From Takakia lepidozioides (Eukaryota > Plantae > Bryophyta): 64,000 bases of DNA. Below the pieces are notes generated by a model, which was given only the letters and a program-made list of their open reading frames with translations, was not told where the DNA came from and searched no databases. Shown one piece after another: positions 23,301 to 33,848 of this stretch (its first letter is position 1; each line of letters begins with the position of its first letter). The stretch covers positions 69,254,001 to 69,318,000 of the forward strand of contig CM060731.1 of the NCBI GenBank assembly GCA_030704615.1, in the 5' to 3' direction. Position numbers and translations under genes: made by a program.

Positions 23301-25446
23301 GTTTTTAAAATGAAAAAAAGTTTTATACTTACATGAAGTGCGTATGTCAACATCACGCCTCCGAAGATCTTGACAGCGGACATCTCGTCTCGACAAAACA
23401 GGGAGGCCAAATAGTCGTATGTATCAACTCGTAGCTCATGATTATAAGTCTTGCACTCTTCTTCAAAAGCTGATGGCTTCTCAGAAGGCCCTTCCAGAAT
23501 CAGCTGAATTGGCTCGATTAAGAGTACGGTGGTGATGTGCTCGTCCGGATTCTGAATCTCCTCAGGTGTCGCTGGAAAAACATAGTCCAGGCACAGTACA
23601 GTCCGAGAGAAAGTCTTCGTGTTGTTTTTGTAAACATTTTCATACTCCCCCGGAACATAAAATCCCTGCCGGACAAGATACGATATTCTTCCGGGACCAT
23701 TTTGGATGTAGGAGACCAGATTGGCCGAGGACGGTTGCGTCGAGAAGAAAACAAAAGCACTCGTGTTCATTTTCTGAGCCACAAAAGCCTCCAGTATGTT
23801 CACATAATCCTTGGACTCAAATACCACAGAGTCATCTTCAAAAATTGTATTGACGAACACCATCGTTATGTTGTCAAACCGTTTCTTCGGTGCAAGTCGC
23901 AGACGGGACTTAGCATCGGTGAATTTTGTTCCCCCCCCCCCCCCATGAGAGCGTAATGAGACTTGAAACTCGCAATAATCGCCATGGCATCCTCTCTATC
24001 CTCATAAGCTTTCTTGATGGATGAGATGTACTTAACAAAAGCGGCCGTGAGTGGTTTTGTCTCCATGTTCATCTTGATCTTGCTTTGGATGTAATCTGTC
24101 CCTAGTTTGTCTTTAAATGTTGAGAACTCTGCCTTATTGAAGTGGTATTTTTTCTTCACTTCACGCCACTCGTCCTTAGTGTACGGTTCCGTGCACTGTT
24201 TGCTCCTCCGAGGCCACCCCAACACTTCCATAACATCGTCGACAATAAACCGGCGCATTTTCATGTCGTCTATGTACTTGTTCATGCCTTGAATTGATTT
24301 GTCTTGTCCTTTGTAATTTCGAATGGTCAATTTCAGGTCCAGGATTTTCTGCGCAACTTTATCTGTTCAACCCTTGCAGCTTTGCGATAGCAGATTTCGT
24401 GAGCTGTTGTTGTTCACCTTATACTGTATCCCAAGCGGGTCGAGTAGCTTTCCCTGCTCCCAGTTTTTGAAAACATCTTCCCAGATCTTCCAAACGTCGT
24501 CGTCACAAAGTACCAGGACCATTGCCTCCTTAATGCTACCCATTTCAAGTATCAAATGACAGGCAAACATGAACTCCTACACATTCATCCACGGAAAAAT
24601 TAGGTGTCACTCTGACAACAGAAGTATTATTTAGCACAAAATGAATGTGAATAGTAGATTTTTATTCCATAAATGCATACCTTCCATTGTTTCGTCTCGG
24701 ACTCGGTGGTGTGATCGTTGTATTTCTTTGGCTTCCCCCTCAGGTTGAATAACATTCGTGCATGCGCAACTTTCTCCGGCATTGTTGTATCAAACTTTTG
24801 CGCCTTATTGGGATCGTTGAGGAGCTTTGACAACTTCAGGAGCCTTTGTTCATCGGTAGACCATACAATCTTTGCAGGCCACTCCCGGTAGTACTCCTTC
24901 AGTTCGCTGTCGGCAAGATCCTCGAGAAGTTCCTGCTACAAATAATGTAAAATGGGTGAGAGAGTTGAAAATGTAGGGACATATCCAATTTTGTTGTTCA
25001 ACACCAACCTCCACTGCCCAGAGGAGGTTCGTTAAAAGAGAGGTCTGGGTGGAAGTGAAGTCCATTACCTTTGCTGCCACGATGGTGTGTTGTCCACCTA
25101 TGACGAAGAACCTGGATACGTCCATTTTCTTCCATTGCTTCGGTCGCGATGAAGTAATCTTCTCGGGATTGGAAGGGTTGATTGGTGCGAGATACACCGG
25201 ATGTTTGGAGTCGAACAAATGAAGCTGGAATAGTCGTGCTTTTACTTCGTCCTTATGCTTGATATTTAACGGCCTGTAAACCATGCTCCTTGGAGCTAGT
25301 TCCATCATGGAAACGTTCACAAGGAATGTACTCTCGAATCCAAATGGAAATACGTCATTGTATTCCTTCGTGAGCCTCTCCTCCATCTTCTCGCATTTTT
25401 TCTTGTCGAAAATTTCCCCAGCTTTAGGTCTCTTATTATCTGACAT
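20350..25446 (-). pseudogene. Decayed multi-exon gene: ParB/Srx-like domain + permuted N6/N4 DNA methyltransferase-like domain + acidic/SP-repeat linker + two FCP1/NIF-like HAD phosphatase domains
   Basis: Phase-0 GT-AG introns at 25068-24933, 24680-24577, 23332-23243, ~22489-22310, ~22073-21990 (after an upstream frameshift) and ~21250-21077 link the ORF-track pieces. ParB-like: RPLNIKHKDEVKARL...FFVIGGQHTIVAAK. MTase-like: FDNITMVFVNTIF ... ELRVDTYDYLASLFCRDEMSAVKIFGGVMLTYALH|ARNIRVLDI. NIF-1: VLVLDVGYLG...VRNGLDDFLKWVLKHFKVYFWN...YLKRL...SNTLII. NIF-2: LIIFNLNGVL...HFLLGIWSC...FLKPL...NTLLIDDSAIKCVLNP. Several stops and frameshifts. Confidence 0.68.
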
Positions 25447-26421
25447 GTTCAATGAATTGTTCAGTTACATTGCAACTTCACAAGCACTTCAATGTCAAAT
25501 TGACATCTTATATGTTACATTTTGAAGCAAGTATGACATCACTTGTAATTTCACAAAGTTCAATCACACATTACTATCCAAGATATTATTAACATTTGAA
25601 TTAATTTTAATTAAATATATATATTAAGTTCGGTCCGGATTTAAGCCAAAAATCCAGAATTAGTTAAAATAGGGTTTGACTTGAACTTGTATGCGAGGTG
25701 AGTTATTTGTGTTTCTATTTATTTCTTTGTGAAATCCTATTGTATATAAGTGGATGCATGTCCATCATAATTTCAAAGTCAAACGCTTGTAATTTGGAAG
25801 GAGAAAGACATATTTTTAGTAGTAGTAGTGGATTGATCAAGCCATCACTTTCAACTACAAATATAGAGAAATAAAAATCAAAAGAACTAGATTCAGTTGT
25901 AGTACCAGTGGGAGGATGTTATATATAGTGTCCCCTGCCATGATTAGTGGTTAATAGAGACTACCATGTGTTGTGCATCTATTTTGTTGTCAACTAGAAG
26001 TAAAAATTTCACATGCACCCTTGCCCCCCAACTTTTTGTGAAAAAACTTATGCAGGGCAGTGCTTTGTCCATATGCTCCTGGCATTTTGTACTGACAGTG
26101 TGTGGATGGGCAAATACAGAAAAGACGCAAAGCGCGGAGCCCGTCACTGTCCGAGCTCGGGGCGGAGCAAAAGAACGCTGCGACTAGCACCCCATCAGAG
26201 TCTGTTTTGAGCCAGGTATGTTTTGAAGTCCAGTTTCCATTCATGAATCTGTTGTTGTAATAAGATTTGGTGGGTATGTGGGGCCCCCACGCATGGTACA
26301 CGAGGGGTGTTATGCCAAACCCAGCCATCTCCGAATGTCTGAAATCCTGCACATTCGGCCTCTTCTTCTGGTTTTTAACAGTACGGGTGGGTGTTTGTAT
26401 GCGTAGGGAGCGGGGAACTCA

Positions 26422-27990
26422 ATGGCAGCCCGCATCGGGGCCCTGGAGAGGCTTGCGGCTCTCTCTGCGGAGCGGGAGAGGGGAATGGAAGCACAACTGA
26501 AGAAGATAGTGGAACTCATGATGGGGCAAAAAAGGGGTGTGACGGGTGGCATTATAGAAGACCCCTTTGCTGCGACCATTGTACCTGACAAGGAGGAAGT
26601 AATTGTAGTGGGTAGGGATGTGACCGAGGTCCAGCCTGTTGTTGATGATATTCATAGTGGGGGGCAGGGTCCACTCGTTGAAGAGGGAGAGGTCCAGCAA
26701 GTTGGTGGGGATGACATGGATGATGGGGGGGTCATTGCTGATGATGGGGGAAAAGGGGAAGCTGTAGGGGGAGAGGGTGGTAGTTTGCCTGGTCCAGGCT
26801 GCAGGGGGACCAAAACTTTGTCCTCCGGGGTGACTGTTGTCTCCCAACCCACTGAAGTGAGACCCTGTGACACCCCTTCAAAAGCTCCTTTCATTGAAAA
26901 GTCGAAACTAATTGTTCTAGACCTGAACGGGATCCTGTGCCACTCTATTCCTAACTTTCAGCCCAACCCGAGGCGTCATTGGCCATGGGTGTTGACCACC
27001 AACAAGTATATTTTTCCAAGGCCCCAGGTCTACGAGTTTTTAAACCTTCTCTTCCGGTATTTCTACGTTGGGATATGGTCATGTGCTTCCAAGGGGAATG
27101 TTGCAGACATCTTGAAAGTGGTAATGCAGGGGGTCAAGGGTTCTCCCTCTTTGTGTGGTCACAAGAGGAGTGTGACCCCTTGATAGAGCCACACCCCACA
27201 AAAAGGCTTGCCGTACAGAACTTACAGAAGAGACTGTCGAGGGTGTGGTCGCAATTTTCTGGATTTAACGAATCCAACACCCTCTTAGTGGATGATTCAC
27301 CACACAAGGGGAGGGGGAACTCCCCTTTGAACATGGTCCATCCATTGTCGTTTGATGTCACTGGCAATGTCAGTGAGGGGCCCGATTCAGACTACCTTTT
27401 AGAAACAGTCTGGCCCTACTGCCAAGATTTGTTTTGCTCCAAGGATTTGCGTGTCTTCACAAGCACGCGGAAGCTGACCCCGACTGGGAGCTTGAATGTG
27501 GGAGAGGATGGGGTCGTTGGGGGAAGTGCTTCTGCGCCCATGCAGGTGAAACTAACCTTACTGTTTGCAACATGACATCGAAGCCAAAAGAGATGTTTGT
27601 TTTGTTCCCCTCGGATGCCCTCTCACACAAGGCTAGCACTATATGTTTTGCAGGGACCACAGGGAGTGGCATTGGGGTCGGATGTGAAGAAGGTGGGTCC
27701 TGCGCCAACGACCATAGTGCTATGGCGCCAGCATTCCGGATCTGCCCCCCGGCATGAGGAGGCAGCGCCCAAGGTATGGTTGTTCCCAGCCCCTCTCCGC
27801 AAACTTACTTGGTTGGTTTCCTTTATGGATACACTTCCTGAAGCGTTGTAATGTGTATTCATTGCAGGTGAGCAAGAGGAGTGGGCTGTCCCCGACACCA
27901 TCATTGCAGCAGGACGTGGTTCCCCAGGCATGCATTCATGGCTCCTTGCTTTGCCTGGTTTCTAGTAGGGTTATTTTTGCCACGAAGTTG
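26422..27990 (+). pseudogene. FCP1/NIF-like (HAD superfamily, DLNG type) phosphatase gene with one frameshift; TE cargo
   Basis: KLIVLDLNGILCH...IFPRPQVYEFLNLLFRYFYVGIWSCA, a frameshift near 27145, then LFVWSQEEC...KRLSRVWSQF...NTLLVDDSPHKGRGNSP...YLLETVWPYC. Further small exons after 27546 (27654-27772, 27868 onward). Confidence 0.85.
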
Positions 27991-28209
27991 TAGTGGGTAG
28001 GGTCTGAGCAGGGTGTTTGTTAGCTTGCTCCGTGGAGGTGTGTTTATACCATTGCAGCCACCAGAGTTCATGTTATTCTTATCCGTCTGACTAAACCTCT
28101 TTACACCGTGAATTTGCAGTATCGTGGCAACCGAGATCATTTCCATGCCCAGCTGCGCTTGACTTTCACCCTGTCATTGCTATGTTTGTTGCTGAGTGGA
28201 CCCTGAAGT

Positions 28210-28274
28210 AAAGCTTCCATACCATAAACTAATTGGAATGGTGTATACTTAGTGGTGACTTTATATGAAGTCCT
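28210..28274 (-). mobile_element. Tiny Ty3/gypsy integrase fragment
   Basis: RTSYKVTTKYTPFQLVYGMEA matches the YRT...TPFxLVYG motif after the integrase core. No flanking pol sequence. Confidence 0.6.
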
Positions 28275-29324
28275 GTTTTTCATGTTTGTAGTCCCTGTTG
28301 GGTGTGTAATGATACTCATAGAAGTGTGTATGATACTCACGTTACCAGTTTTGAACATTTGGGCCATGACAGTTTATGTGATGTCCGGCAACCATGTATG
28401 TTGGCATTTTGTCTTGCTCATACGCAAGTGTGCCGTGACGGTCTCTTATTTGAATGTAATATCACATTTTCCTGACTTGTCGTCGTGTCCGTCCACCTTC
28501 TATGTGTATGCGTGATGGTCTTTGGTCTCCCTGGACTACGTCTATTTGGTTCATTGGCGTGATGTTGTGCATGCATCGTGGTCTGTGTTCTGAGTCTCGC
28601 CCAATATCATTGCTTCTCAATTCCCCCTGCATATGGATGAACCACTAAAACCACTAGAATGCATCAGAACCATACTTTCAGCTTAGAATGCAGGTCATTT
28701 GGACAACTCACACAAACCACTACAAGTGCTCGTTTGCAGTGCTTTCCTACTGTAGTGCAACCAACTAGCACAGTGGCAGTGGAGTTGGCCAAAGCAGTCC
28801 CGAGAGGGCACAAGCACTCTTTCCACTAGTAGTCGTACCCCTCACTGCCATTGCATGGGGACGACGCCACGCGTCGACCCACACACTCTCCACGTGGTCC
28901 CCGTGGATTCGTCTGCCGGCAGTTGTGCGGTCGATTTCGTCAGTCACTGTTGCCACGTGACATGCAGCACTCCAAGTTATGTGGCCGACTGCGATGTGGC
29001 GTCTTGGGCCCGTGGCCACATGGCAGCATTGCCGCTCGTCGCGGCGCCGCCACATCAGCGTCCGCGTCCATGTGTCACCGCGCCCCGGGTGAGTCAGTCC
29101 ACTCATCCGGAGGGAGAAGTCAAAGTCAGCCCAAAAGGTCAGACACACGGGCAGCCGGCCTGGTTACGCCACGTGGTTCTTCAACATTAATCGCATTAAT
29201 CGCTGAGCAGTTGTTCGCGCGTCTGCGTCCTTTACCACTCCAATCATTGGATGTTCAACCCAACTACCACGTCTGTTGTAACTAGTCATTTGTAACTTCC
29301 AGTTGATCCCATTTTTTTTACTTT

Positions 29325-29379
29325 TACGACTCAAAATGAGTCGTTACCCCAGTGGTAAATGACACGAATGCTTCTAGTG
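29325..29379. repeat. CACTA terminus (TIR GACACGAATGCTTCTAGTG = reverse complement of CACTAGAAGCATTCGTGTC) with a subterminal ACGACTC/GAGTCGT hairpin
   Basis: 29361-29379 is identical to 40447-40465, is followed by TGA, and is preceded by tacgactcaaaatgagtcgttacccc, similar to tacgactccggagtcgttgacccc at 40301. Confidence 0.82.
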
Positions 29380-29382
29380 TGA

Positions 29383-29950
29383 TCAAGTCTGGTTGTGGGT
29401 ACACCGGAGGAAGAAGCTGAAATTGGCTTTGTTTGATGATGTTGGTATTTTAACGGAAGAAGGCTGACAAAGTAAACTTACGTGGTACTTGGGAAGAGTA
29501 CAAAACATTGTGAAGGTGGTAGAGAAAGGGAAGCAAATAGATTATATTAGGGTAGTTTCTATGCATGAAAAAAAAATATAGATTCTGTCAAAGGACTATC
29601 AGCATATGAGTGATTGTCAATATGCATATATATGGAGGCCATAGTGGCCACGAAGCTGATTTTGTTGGCATAGTACACATAATATGTATTTATCTTTAAG
29701 TGTTGATGTGGAGCTTGATTATGTACTTTGACACGGAAGGATAAGATGGCTCTAAATGGTTTTTTGAGTAACGAAAAGAAAAAGAGACACAATGGCGCTG
29801 GAAAGTTCATCACTTGACAGGGGACTGGAAAGTCTAATACTGGAAAGGCCAGGATTTATAAGAGTGTTGAATTGTCTTCACATTCAACACACATACACGC
29901 AAATGAGGTTGATCATTCAGCTGTTCAAGTGGTTGCATCAACCAAATGAG
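29383..29950 (+). pseudogene. C-terminal part of a decayed P-element-like transposase (continuation of 40466-41270)
   Basis: SSLVVGTPEEEAEIG/LFDDVGILTEEG*QSKLTWYLGRVQNIVKVVEKGKQIDYIRVVSMHE starts immediately after the TIR+TGA and continues in frame from ...LPLDRLTCVQHKA on the minus strand at 40469. Confidence 0.55.
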
Positions 29951-32299
29951 AGCAAATGTGAGTTGGATTAAAGACTAGAAGTTAGCGAAATGCAACAAGA
30001 TTTGTTCCAGGGTGAGTTATGCTTACTTACATTATTTAAATTCTATGAAATCTTTTTCTGAAATACTTCTCTCAACTCCCTTCATGAAATGTGATTGTAC
30101 TCACGAGTTGAATTTAATGACAGTACTTAAACATTAGTGGTTGATGCAGATAAGGCTTGGAGAGGAACACTACATCCAAGATTACCCCGAGATTCAGCTA
30201 ATTGACATCGATCACCAGCTTGGCAAGGTACTAATTGGGGAAAGAGAAAATATTTATGGGTCTCTCTCAGTAGGCAATCCTTCAAATAATATGAGCTGCA
30301 ATCTATGTATAATAAATTTTATTATAAATCACGGGTCCAGCCCAAAATGTGGATAGCCGTATTACAAGTTATTATATGGTTATATGATAAATAATTCAGC
30401 TTTGGATATAATAATTATGTTGGTGCCCCTGCTGATTATAAGAGAGTTGTTGGCCAAGGGAAGCTCCTTCATAGTCCATGGGTACCACCACTTTCCCCCC
30501 TTCTGATTACTCAATATATTTGATTTGCTTTCAATACAAAGCCTACATATAACAAAATAATGCAACAATATATGAAGAAACACAAAGAAACAAGCAGTAA
30601 AGAAGGTAAAGGCAGAGGCTCCCAATAGCACGCGAAGCATTTTCCCTGACATCGAATTCATTCTATTGGTAGACTATATATTAAGCACGAATATTACTCC
30701 AAATCTGATATTGCGTGGGAACTCACCACACCAATTGTAGCAAAAATTGTGTGCGATCCCGTTGGAACGAGGCGGAAACATGAATAAGACCAAAACTTCA
30801 ACTTTGTAGTGGCTATCAAGACCCTTACTAGGATAGGGCATCATATCGCAACCGTAACCCTCATCCATCTCAAATAGGGTACACGTGGATGTGCGCCAAG
30901 TGGCAGACCACGGTCACACATGCCCCGATTTTTGGGCCATTTGGCCTAGTGTTTAGGAAGATATCTAAGAATAACCATCAGCCAAAGCCCATAACATGCT
31001 TAGTGGGCATTTAGGGACTAAAAACCTTGAAGACAAGTGTATTAAAGATATAGATATGAAAACTTATAATTATCATAGCATAAAATATATTGCTTTCATT
31101 GTGCAATATTTCAGGCATATTAATCCATACACGTTGACATTGCCATGAATCGTAACTTCCGTGGATGAAGTCAATGAATGTGAGGTATGAATGAAAAATT
31201 GTAGGCGTTGTTGTCCTCTATACGCTCCAATAAACCACAATTGTTTTGCAAGGTAGGATTTTATGGTGTAAGGGGTACAAAATTTGGGTGGCCCAAGGGT
31301 GTCCACATAGGTTGACAGCCCACATGGCAGGTTTTGGGTGGCCCAGAGGAATGTCCACATAGGTGGACCGCGCACGTGACAGGCTGGAAGGTGTTTCAAA
31401 TAATGACCCATAAAATGACGTGGCTCTTGGTTATTTCAGCTCTAGGACAAGGGGGGCCTATTCCCGTAAAAATAAGAGAATCAGAATTTGTTTTGGTACT
31501 ATACCTTACATTTGATCAAAACATGATAGACTCACTGTAAGAATTCGGATTCCAAGTAGAATTTACAGACAGTTTAAGAGCTCTAGGCTCAAGAAAAAAA
31601 ATTGGGCAATCATCCCCCCCCCCCCCCCCCCCCAAATTCACATACGAAGCACCATCCCTAAATTTTAGGTCTTTCACTCTGAATTTCTTGGAGAGTACTT
31701 GTGAATCTGGAAGCCATTCACCTAAGATTTTTTTTGGAAATAGGATTATCTATAGGGTTCATTCAACTACGTTCTGAAGCTTGGAAAACTTAGCAGATAT
31801 TAGGTATAGCTTTTTGTAGATGTTCAGAAAGAAGACGAACAAAACTTCTCGATGACTTTGACAACGCATGGGGAGACAGCTTAGATGACTTCCCAAAAAT
31901 AGCGGACACCTTATGAAAATAGTAAATTTTCACGCAACAGTATAGGTTGGCTTTATATCCAAACAAACATTTAACAAACGTCTTGAGCATGCGGCCAGGA
32001 TCCTTTATACAATCACAAATGTATTGTTCTCAAAACCTTCTTAAAGAACGAAAAAATAAATAAAATTGTCATAGATTCATCTTTCTTTCACTATATTGGC
32101 ATGTTGCCTCTTTTCTAATGATTGATCAAAGAGTGACGAGCAATTTTGTATATATAGTGCGTACATATTTATTTTAACTGTAGCACTTAATACTGTAGAA
32201 CTGTATATATACCAAAACCACCACCCATGGGTTTCCCACACACTAACAAGACTGAAGTTCATGGCCTACAGGCACTATCATTATTTTTGTTGCCAGCCA

Positions 32300-33630
32300 G
32301 AGGGATCGGATGTCCTAGCTTGGGAGTTTAATTATGATCAATCATTTGGCCAAGTGCAAATTGACATTTCTGGCTAAGACAAAGTTGTTCTTGGAACAAA
32401 CAAGCTCCATGGCATGAAGCTTTGACAGTGTGAGGTTTATGAGCCAGCCAAGTTGACCAAGAACTTCAGTGAGCAACTTGCCAGGCCTACAGACTGGAAG
32501 GGCAAAGCGCCGAGTCTCACTAAATTGTTCTCGTACAGAGGGATTAACTTTGAGGTCAAGAAAACCTTGCTTTGTCGCGTCATTGGACTTGCCTTGGAGT
32601 ACGCATTTGCTATATGGGTTGATAACTCCAATGAGGCTAGGTCTGCAGAATCCTTCCAAGTGGGGGTGCTTAAGGAGTGGATGTCCGCATGCTCCAAAAC
32701 AGCCAATGTGGCTGTTCGGGGTGGGTGTGGCATCCCTTCCTTAAGCTCTTGCGGAGATTAATTGAAGGTGAGATGGTGGAGTCTGTTGCAACACATGTCT
32801 TCACACCAGAGATCGTAGGTTAATCGACTCTATATCTTGGAAACAGAACCGTCGAGCCAAACAGGCCAAGTCTTGGCAGAAGACAGTAGAATTGACTCTC
32901 AAGGATTTGAATGTGGACCCGCACATCTTCATCCTGCTGGATAAATGCAACTTAGAGACTGTAGTGTCCACGGAAGTGAGTGCTACCAGAGAAAATGTGT
33001 AATGAAAATGAAGTTAGGCAGAAAACATCCCTGAACATGTTTTCAATCTGTGACATGGGGGAGGACATCGTGGAAAAACCGAAGGGTCTACCACTGTGTG
33101 CAGAGGGACTAATTTTAAGGTCAAGGAAATGTTGCTTTGTCACGTCATTGCACCTGCGTTGGAGTACGCATCTTCTATATGCGTTGATAACTCCAACGAG
33201 GCTAGGTCTGCAGTATCCTTCCAAGTGGGGGTGCTTAAGGAGTGGATGTCCGTATGCTCCAAAATAGCCAATGTGGCTGTTCATGATGAGTTTGGCATCC
33301 CTTCCTTAACCGGAAGTGGTGGGAATAGCTGGTGAGATGGTGGAGTCTATTGCAACATATGTCTTTACACCAGATATCGTAAGTTAATCGACTCTATATC
33401 TTGGAAATAGGACCGCCCAGCCAAATAGGCCAAGTCCTGCCAGAAAAGACTAGACGAGACTCTCAAGGATCTGAATGTGGACCGTCAAGTCTTGACCTTG
33501 CTGGAACCATGTGACTTAGAGACTGTAGTATCCAAAGCCATGTGTGCTGCCACAAAATTGTGTAATGACAAAGAAGTTAGGCATAAAACATCCATGAACC
33601 TGTTTCTAGATTGTGACATGGGGGAGGACA
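32300..33630 (+). mobile_element. LINE ORF2 post-RT fragments (RTE-X/L2-like), tandemly duplicated with ~565-bp period
   Basis: KKTLLCRVIGLALEYAFAIW...ESFQVGVLKEWMSACSKTANVAVRGGCGIPSL at 32560-32745, repeated as LLCHVIAPALEYASSIC...KIANVAVHDEFGIPSL at 33130-33310. Confidence 0.7.
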
Positions 33631-33631
33631 G

Positions 33632-33848
33632 ATAATGAAAAGAGAAAGAGCAAAACTGAAAGATAAATGGGCGAAGACTAGTGTGAGGCCAATGAACATT
33701 GAACCTGCCTATTGGGATAAGCTTGTTGCCTACTGGGAGTCCCCTCGTGGACTTGCAAAGGCCGAAGGGATGAAGCAAGCGCGTGCTTGTGTCACGAACC
33801 CCTCGCGTTGGGGCCGGGCAGGAGTTGCAGGCCAAACAGCCCGTTTGG
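33632..33848 (+). pseudogene. CACTA accessory ORF fragment (Ptta/En-Spm, Transposase_24-like)
   Basis: MKRERAKLKDKW...RPMNIEPAYWDKLVAYWESPRGLAKAEGMKQARACVTNPSRWGRAGVAG, followed by a GT-AG intron 33849-33938. The 5' end is abruptly fused to LINE sequence. Confidence 0.72.

Noticed and set aside
22475-23863. 462-aa ORF as a standalone intact gene or an active DNA methyltransferase
   Set aside because: It reads through a 90-bp in-frame intron, is joined by frameshift and splicing to neighbouring ORFs, and lacks DPPY/FxGxG consensus; activity cannot be claimed.
28718-28757. CACTACAAG at 28718 (and ...TGTAGTG at 34522-34528) as the CACTA termini
   Set aside because: No extended match to another terminus and no TSD; the 19-bp CACTAG pair with the TGA TSD explains the element better.
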